Origin: a bacterium
Lineage (GTDB): Bacteria > Patescibacteriota > Minisyncoccia > Phycocordibacterales > UBA918
Length of the DNA stretch: 43,780 nt
NCBI GenBank assembly: GCA_038145135.1
Contig: JAYQPD010000005.1
Span: 1 to 43,780, forward strand
Direction of reading: 5' to 3'
The notes below the pieces were generated by a model, which was not told the origin of the DNA, made no database searches, and saw only the letters and a program-made list of their open reading frames with translations. The position numbers were made by a program, and so were the translations under genes. Of the stretch, positions 37,704-43,780 are shown piece by piece. Within the stretch, counting starts at the first letter, position 1; each line of letters opens with the position of its first letter.

Positions 37704-38768
37704 ATGAAATTGATCTTTATCACTCCTAAGTTTGATGCTGACGACATTGAGGTCGGGTATTTACACCGATGGGTCGAGGAGCTCGCAAAACACACCAAGC
37801 ACATTGAGGTCCTGTGTGCTCACGAGGGATATCATACACTTCCAGAGCATGTACACGTCCGCAGCCTCGGCCGAGAAAAGAATGCCAAGTTCATAAAGAG
37901 AACGAGACGGTTACTCTGGCATCTCTTCGTAATGCTCTTCAAAGGCGATACCGTCTTGATCCACGGAAACCTTACCTATCCCATTATCATGGGACCGCTC
38001 TGGCGCCTTATGAGGAAACGTGTGGGAGTATGGTACGAGGATGGTGATGTGTCGACCAAGCTCGCCATCGCACAGCCGTTTCTTACTCACATCTTCACTC
38101 CGACCTCAGAGGCGCTGCATATGGGTGGCGACAAGAAGCAGGTCGTCGGGCACGGTATCGATGTAGAGATGTTCAGACCGCTCGCACGCCCTAAACATGA
38201 TGGTACCTTCCGTATCGTGACAGGAGGCCATATGTCGGTCAACAAAGACTATGCAACCCTTATCAGGGCGACCGCGCTCCTCTCGGAGTCTATCGATACC
38301 CCTTTCTCAGTCACAATCGTTGGCGCAGCAAAACCTGGTTCAGAGACATACACTAAAGAGATGCAAACACTCGTCCACTCCTATGGACTTGGCGACACGA
38401 TCATTTTTCGTGGACCAATGAAAAATGCTGATGTGGTCAAGCTCTATCGTGAGAGTGATCTCTATCTCTCGCTGTACCAGTTGGGACGGATCGAGAAATC
38501 ACTTGTTGAAGCGACACTTACCGCGCTTCCGGTCGTTACCTCAAATGAGGCGTTCCAGGAGTTTGCCGGTGATTACAATTCCTTTGTCTTTTTTGAGCCG
38601 GGCGATGAGACTGCACTGGCAGATCGTATCCAACATGTTATGAAAATGACAAATGATGCGCGGCGGACACTCGGGTTGTCATTCCGCCAAATAGCAGTAC
38701 GCGAACATAGTATTGAACGGTTGATCCGTGGTATTGTGCTGGGATTCAAGAACAGCCCAGATGTCTAA
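37704..38768 (+). CDS. Glycosyltransferase family 4
   Basis: GHGIDVEMF, KDYATLIRA and EKSLVEA..LPVV. Paralog of the next gene. Confidence 0.85.
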   Translation: MKLIFITPKFDADDIEVGYLHRWVEELAKHTKHIEVLCAHEGYHTLPEHVHVRSLGREKNAKFIKRTRRLLWHLFVMLFKGDTVLIHGNLTYPIIMGPLWRLMRKRVGVWYEDGDVSTKLAIAQPFLTHIFTPTSEALHMGGDKKQVVGHGIDVEMFRPLARPKHDGTFRIVTGGHMSVNKDYATLIRATALLSESIDTPFSVTIVGAAKPGSETYTKEMQTLVHSYGLGDTIIFRGPMKNADVVKLYRESDLYLSLYQLGRIEKSLVEATLTALPVVTSNEAFQEFAGDYNSFVFFEPGDETALADRIQHVMKMTNDARRTLGLSFRQIAVREHSIERLIRGIVLGFKNSPDV

Positions 38769-38771
38769 TGC

Positions 38772-39806
38772 ATGCGCATACTCCTCACCACACAGATCGT
38801 CGACAAACATGACCCCGGCCTTGGGTTCTTTCACCGTTGGATAGAGGTCTTTGCAGAGGAGTGCGAGCATGTAGAGGTGATCTGTCTCAAAGCAGGGGAG
38901 TACTCATTTCCAGAGAACGTACACGTGACCTCGCTTGGTAAGGAAGAGGGGAAGGGGCGCCTCACGCGACTCTACCGTTTCTATACAACGATCTGGCAAC
39001 GCCGCCATCACTACGACGCAGTTTTTGTACACATGAACCCAGAGTATGTGGTCCTCGGTGCACCACTGTGGCGTCTTATAGGGAAGCGCGTGGGACTCTG
39101 GTACACGCACCGCACGGTCGACCTCAAACTTCGCATTGCCGCGCGCTTTATGCATATTGCCTTCACCGGCTCAAAGGAGAGTTTTCGTATTGATACACCA
39201 AAGGTCCTGGTGACCGGACAGGGGGTGGACACCAGTGTCTTCACTCCGCGTGAAAAAACCTTTGAAGGACCACCCACACTTCTGGTCGTGGGAAGGATCT
39301 CGCCTATTAAAAATCTCGAGCTTGCAATTGAGACGCTTCAAGGGGTACGTACTACGCTACCCGATGCAACGCTTCGTATAGTAGGAGCAGTAGGTAAGGT
39401 GGAGGATCAGCCGTATCTCGACTCCATCAATGACATGATACGCGAGCGTCATCTCGAGGATGCGGTAGTGATGGTCGGCGGCAAGGATGCAGCTGGGGTA
39501 CAGGACGAACTTGCACGCGCAGATATCTTTCTCCATACCAGCATGACCAATAGCGCTGACAAGACGGTAGTGGAAGCAATGGCGATGGGTGTGTACCCGA
39601 TCACCTCAAGTCCCGTCTATCGTAAGGATCTACCCAGAGAATGTTACCAAGAGGCGCGACCTGAGGCGTATGCTGATGAAGTGGTCCGCTACCTCACGCT
39701 ACCAGGAGAGGAGCAGGTGCGTGCGTCAACCATTCTTCGTGAGGCAGCGATCCGCGAGCATAGTCTTACGCGTCTCATTAAGCTCATAATTTCTCACTTG
39801 CAGTAA
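38772..39806 (+). CDS. Glycosyltransferase family 4
   Basis: LGFFHRWI, SLGKE, GQGVDT, VGRISPIK and DKTVVEAMAMG. Confidence 0.88.
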   Translation: MRILLTTQIVDKHDPGLGFFHRWIEVFAEECEHVEVICLKAGEYSFPENVHVTSLGKEEGKGRLTRLYRFYTTIWQRRHHYDAVFVHMNPEYVVLGAPLWRLIGKRVGLWYTHRTVDLKLRIAARFMHIAFTGSKESFRIDTPKVLVTGQGVDTSVFTPREKTFEGPPTLLVVGRISPIKNLELAIETLQGVRTTLPDATLRIVGAVGKVEDQPYLDSINDMIRERHLEDAVVMVGGKDAAGVQDELARADIFLHTSMTNSADKTVVEAMAMGVYPITSSPVYRKDLPRECYQEARPEAYADEVVRYLTLPGEEQVRASTILREAAIREHSLTRLIKLIISHLQ

Positions 39807-39834
39807 GGTGAGTGTACGGGCTACTATGTCCCTC

Positions 39835-40914
39835 ATGTCGAGAGAGAGGGCTTTAGGTGCGAATATTGCGGTCATTGGGGCCGGCATTTTTGGTGCTACT
39901 GCAGCCATCGAGCTTGCTAAGGCAGGTCACCAGGTCACCCTCTTTGAGAGCAGAGATGACATCTTGCAAGCCGCGTCTGGTATCAACCAGTACCGCATGC
40001 ACCGTGGCTACCATTATCCAAGGAGTCAGGAGACGATAGCGTCGTGTATGGACGCGACGCCACTCTTTGAAGCGGAGTATACGGACGCTATTATTTCACA
40101 CCTCACACACTACTACGCAATTGCGAAGGAGGGGAGTAAGGTATCGGGGCATGAGTACCTCACTGTGCTCGATACGTCCGGGTTGCCGTACACGGTGACT
40201 AACCCCGAGCATATACATAAAGACATGGTCGATGTGGTGATCTCTGCAGATGAGAACCTCTACGACCCCAACAAGCTCCGTGAGATCGTACGCGAACGTA
40301 TTGCTGCACAGGGCATTGAGCTTAGACTCGGGAGCAAGGTGCATATAGCTGAGCTCGATAACTTTGATGCTGTTGTGGTGGCTACCTACGCGGCTCTGAA
40401 TGACACCATCCATGAAGGCGCGCAGAACAGCTACCAGTTTGAAGTATGCGAAAAGATCGTGGTTGAGATTCCCCCTGAACTTAGAGGTGTCTCAACGGTC
40501 ATTATGGACGGCCCTTTTATGTGTATCGACCCCCTAGGCGATACTGGGTACGCGGTCATGGGACATGTAGAGCATGCGGTTCACCACAGAAGTGTAGGGA
40601 GTTCACCTGTTGTGCCAGAAGAACTTCGTGACTACCTCAACAGAGGTGTGATAGAGCGACCCAAGGTGTCGAATGTTGAAAAGTTCCTCGATGCAGCATC
40701 GATATTTATGCCAGCGCTAAAGGACGCGAAGCATGTGGGCTCCATGTTCACCATCCGCACGGTACTTCCGCGTGTTGACCACACTGACGAGCGTCCCACC
40801 ATCGTGCGACAGGTCAATGACCGTATCTTTACCATCTACTCAGGTAAGGTGGGGAATAGCGTTAAAGCCGCCCGTGATGTCGTTCAGCGAATCGAGAAGG
40901 CGTTACAAAGTTGA
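39835..40914 (+). CDS. FAD-dependent oxidoreductase
   Basis: IAVIGAGIFG (Rossmann), ASGINQYRMHRGYHYPRS, MDGPF and SGK. Confidence 0.85.
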   Translation: MSRERALGANIAVIGAGIFGATAAIELAKAGHQVTLFESRDDILQAASGINQYRMHRGYHYPRSQETIASCMDATPLFEAEYTDAIISHLTHYYAIAKEGSKVSGHEYLTVLDTSGLPYTVTNPEHIHKDMVDVVISADENLYDPNKLREIVRERIAAQGIELRLGSKVHIAELDNFDAVVVATYAALNDTIHEGAQNSYQFEVCEKIVVEIPPELRGVSTVIMDGPFMCIDPLGDTGYAVMGHVEHAVHHRSVGSSPVVPEELRDYLNRGVIERPKVSNVEKFLDAASIFMPALKDAKHVGSMFTIRTVLPRVDHTDERPTIVRQVNDRIFTIYSGKVGNSVKAARDVVQRIEKALQS

Positions 40915-40986
40915 AAAATTGTGGTATAGTGCAGTTTTGAAATCGGTCAAATGACCGATCTTTTCTTTTTAGAAGGGAGGCAGTAG

Positions 40987-41852
40987 ATGCCGAGTACTAT
41001 TGCACTGTCGAGAACATATGTGCAAGACCCTTTGAAGATGGGCAACACGATTGCCCAGAACAAAAGACTTGCAGAACAGCTTAAGGGCAAGGTGGATCAT
41101 CTCCGCTTTATCGTGTGGGAAGATTCGGCTTTTCCGGATGCTGACTGCGGCTTGCTCTATAGTGCGCTCCTGGATGCCTTCCAAGGTGACAAATTCGTCT
41201 CAGTGAGAAGGGCTGGCGGCGACATCTTCGTCGATGTGCTGAATGCACAACTCGATGAAGTCTATAGAGAGGGATTCGCTCCGTGAGAAGGGCTGGCGGC
41301 GACATCTTCGTCGATGTGCTGAATGCACAACTCGATGAAGTCTATAGAGAGGGATTCGACTGGCTTTTGGTCATCTCAGCGACCTCTGGCCACTTCATTA
41401 CGGCGACTCTCGCTGAATGTGTCTTCGAGGCGATGCAGAATGGCGTCGATGCCATCGCAATTGTGCCACCAGATGTCCCAGTGACTGGCAAGGGAGCGAT
41501 CACAAACCAGTGTGCCTACTGGTTGGTACCATTCCTCATCAGGAAGGGGGGTTTCGACAAGATAGATCGTCGGCCGGTTGACTTCAGGTACGACCGTGAC
41601 TACCAAGGGGTTGGTGAGCTTGCGAATCTCTTCGATTCAGAGCAGAAGCAACCACTCGCAGTCATTTATCCTGACGTGGATGATGGTGATGATCGGACCC
41701 ATGCACAAGACCCGAAACAACTCGAGAAGTTGAGGCATAAGGAGCGGCGTATCGACGTTGTGCTCAAGATGCTTGGAAAGACACGAGCGGACCTCGCGTC
41801 GTTGATCAGGGATGGATACCCGATCGATCTTCGCGCGAAGACCTCAGCCTAG
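40987..41852 (+). pseudogene. Orphan, possibly GT2/GT-A-like gene frameshifted by an 80-bp tandem duplication
   Basis: The 76 nt at 41203-41278 repeat exactly at 41283-41358. Removing 80 bp joins the two ORFs into one of 261 aa. Confidence 0.75.
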
Positions 41853-42713
41853 TTCCTCCAGTACGGCAGCGATCGATTCGTCGATCAGCTGCCGTTTTTT
41901 GTTGTCAGAATGTTCGTCGCTGAGTTCATGGAGGAATAAGACGAGTTCGTGGTCCAGAAGTTTGTTGTCAGGGAAGTGGGCTATGGTATTTTCTCCTGTC
42001 GCTGTTCGCTCAATGAGAGATCCAGGCGTTAGTTCGTATGTGTGTCCGTCGGTCAGAGCAGTGAGGATCTTCTTCTTTTCTTGCTGCGTTCTATCGATCG
42101 AGATATGTGCACGTCCACGCACTCCACGAACACTGAGGACGATATGATCTGTGTCGTGACGCACTCTCTCTAGGAGTGAAAGTGGTCCGAGGAGCACTGT
42201 GGCGAGGGCGAGTTCGTGTACAAGGAGATTTAAAGTGATCGGAGTTTCAAAGGTGCCATATTTTTCCCATACACTGGTCAGCGTGAGATCATTCTTGGAT
42301 ACGAGTGTGTGCTCAAGCGCAACAAAGGCGGGGTCGTACCGATAGAGGTATCCAGTGAAGAGAGTGAGGTTGCGTCCGTTCGCGAGCTGGTAGAGCTCAG
42401 CTACCGTTTTAGGGTCCGTGGCGAGTGGCTTTTCTACAAATACGTGCTTGTGTGCCATGAGGGCATCTCTGACGAGAGAGGCGTGCGTGTGTATAGGTGT
42501 GGCAATGATGACCGCATCGATAGCAGGATCGTTACAGACATCTTCGAATGAAAGTGTACGTGGTATTTGGGGGAAGTGTTCGAGAAGCCAGTCGTTGGTC
42601 TCCTGACTGCCTCCGTATACGAACTGTGCTATCGTGGTATCCGTAGACGACATGAGTGCCCTGGCGAGGTTCTTCCCCCACGTACCGACGCCAACCATGG
42701 CAACTTGGATCAT
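41844..42713 (-). CDS. Gfo/Idh/MocA family oxidoreductase
   Basis: VAMVGVGTWG, DAVIIATP..H and HVFVEKPLA. Start set at MIQVAM. Confidence 0.9.
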   Translation of the reverse strand: MIQVAMVGVGTWGKNLARALMSSTDTTIAQFVYGGSQETNDWLLEHFPQIPRTLSFEDVCNDPAIDAVIIATPIHTHASLVRDALMAHKHVFVEKPLATDPKTVAELYQLANGRNLTLFTGYLYRYDPAFVALEHTLVSKNDLTLTSVWEKYGTFETPITLNLLVHELALATVLLGPLSLLERVRHDTDHIVLSVRGVRGRAHISIDRTQQEKKKILTALTDGHTYELTPGSLIERTATGENTIAHFPDNKLLDHELVLFLHELSDEHSDNKKRQLIDESIAAVLEELG

Positions 42714-42722
42714 GCCCCGATT

Positions 42723-43778
42723 ATGACACAAAAAAATGAATTGTCACGAAGCCCTGAAACTGACCCACTTACCGTGGCGTATATTGCGAATATTCGCTTT
42801 CCCACCGAAAAAGCACACGGCTATCAGATCGCGCGTGTACTTTCAGCCCTCACCGAGATAGGGGTTACTTCCAAGCTTATCGTTCCCACAAGAAAAAATC
42901 ACATCACGGCACCATGGCACGAGTACTACGGTGTGGAGCCGACATTCACGGTGCGTACCGTGTGGTGCCCTGATCTTTTTTCTGGAAACCCACTCTGGGA
43001 CCGCATCGCGTTTTTGACACAGACGGTTATGTTTGGTATTCGGCTCTGTTTCCTCGCTATCTCGAAAAGTACCGTGATCATGACACGCGACAAAGGGATC
43101 GCATGGCTCTATGGTGTGTTGGGGTACCGTGTGGTCTATAGCGCACATTCGGTGACAGGAAACAAATTCCTTTATCGCATGCTCCTCAAGCGGGTAGCCG
43201 CTGTTGTCGCCAACTCTGAGGGGACCAAGGCTGCGGTCGAAGCACTCCTCACCACGCGCGTGGTGGTGGCACATAATGGTGCCGATCAAAATCCCTATAT
43301 CAGTACCGAACGGTCCGTACTCCGTAAGGAACTCGAATTACCTCGCAACAAGCACATTGTCCTCTACAGCGGGCATCTGTATTCATGGAAGGGGATCGAT
43401 ACGGTGCTCGACGCAGCAAAACATCTCCGTACCAACAAAGATGTCGAGGTGGTGGTGATCGGGGGGCTACCAGCGGATGTATTCCGCTATAGGGAGTATG
43501 CTCTCCGAGAACACATCCCCAATATCGTGTTCTTAGGTCACCAAGATAAATCGCTGGTCCCAAAATTCCTTGCTGCCGCAGATGTACTGCTTCTTCCAAA
43601 CTCAGCGCAGACTGAGGAGTCGATCACCCAAACCTCACCACTTAAGCTCTTTGAGTACCTCGCTTCGGGACGTACGATCATTGCTTCAGACCTCCCCTCG
43701 ATCCGGAGCGTGGTCAGTGATAGGGAGGTCTTCTTTGTGACCCCGGACGATGGTAGTGCGCTCGCCTTTGCAATCGAG
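42723..43778 (+). CDS. Glycosyltransferase family 4, 3'-truncated by window edge (absent from the ORF track)
   Basis: Hand translation gives YIANIRFPTEKAHGYQI, LYSGHLYSWKG, ADVLLLPN and TSPLKLFEYLASGRTIIASDLPS. Exact start uncertain. Confidence 0.88.
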   Translation, partial: MTQKNELSRSPETDPLTVAYIANIRFPTEKAHGYQIARVLSALTEIGVTSKLIVPTRKNHITAPWHEYYGVEPTFTVRTVWCPDLFSGNPLWDRIAFLTQTVMFGIRLCFLAISKSTVIMTRDKGIAWLYGVLGYRVVYSAHSVTGNKFLYRMLLKRVAAVVANSEGTKAAVEALLTTRVVVAHNGADQNPYISTERSVLRKELELPRNKHIVLYSGHLYSWKGIDTVLDAAKHLRTNKDVEVVVIGGLPADVFRYREYALREHIPNIVFLGHQDKSLVPKFLAAADVLLLPNSAQTEESITQTSPLKLFEYLASGRTIIASDLPSIRSVVSDREVFFVTPDDGSALAFAIE

Positions 43779-43780
43779 TA

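Overview
Chromosomal fragment of a Patescibacteria (CPR, Parcubacteria/Kaiserbacteria-like) bacterium. The assignment is inferred from the divergent 16S rRNA and gene content; the genetic code is standard code 11. Housekeeping content: rodA, folD, secD/secF, an archaeal-type pyrH, ung, murD/murI/murC, gloA, rsmI and yvcK. It also holds a stand-alone 16S rRNA gene with a degenerate anti-Shine-Dalgarno tail, tRNA-Ile(GAT), tRNA-Leu(CAG), two glycan-synthesis clusters, secreted cell-surface proteins and several short orphan genes. The most unusual signals are non-coding. (1) Two sequence-divergent ~100-135 bp inserts (8894-9028 and 22255-22381) share one architecture: TCG-AA, a 45-nt GA-capped stem, GTAC, a GTA-triloop hairpin and CCCGTGCC. 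They look like a family of non-autonomous ssDNA-structured elements. (2) An apparent relic tRNA has 5' and 3' halves that enclose the intact tRNA-Leu. (3) Two inserts are flanked by duplicated gene-start or terminator/promoter segments, with GGCACG at the junctions. (4) Most conserved genes with their own promoter look leaderless, while orphan genes carry SD-like motifs despite the degenerate anti-SD. No CRISPR array, integrase, transposase or reverse transcriptase was seen. All calls were made by eye, without database searches.
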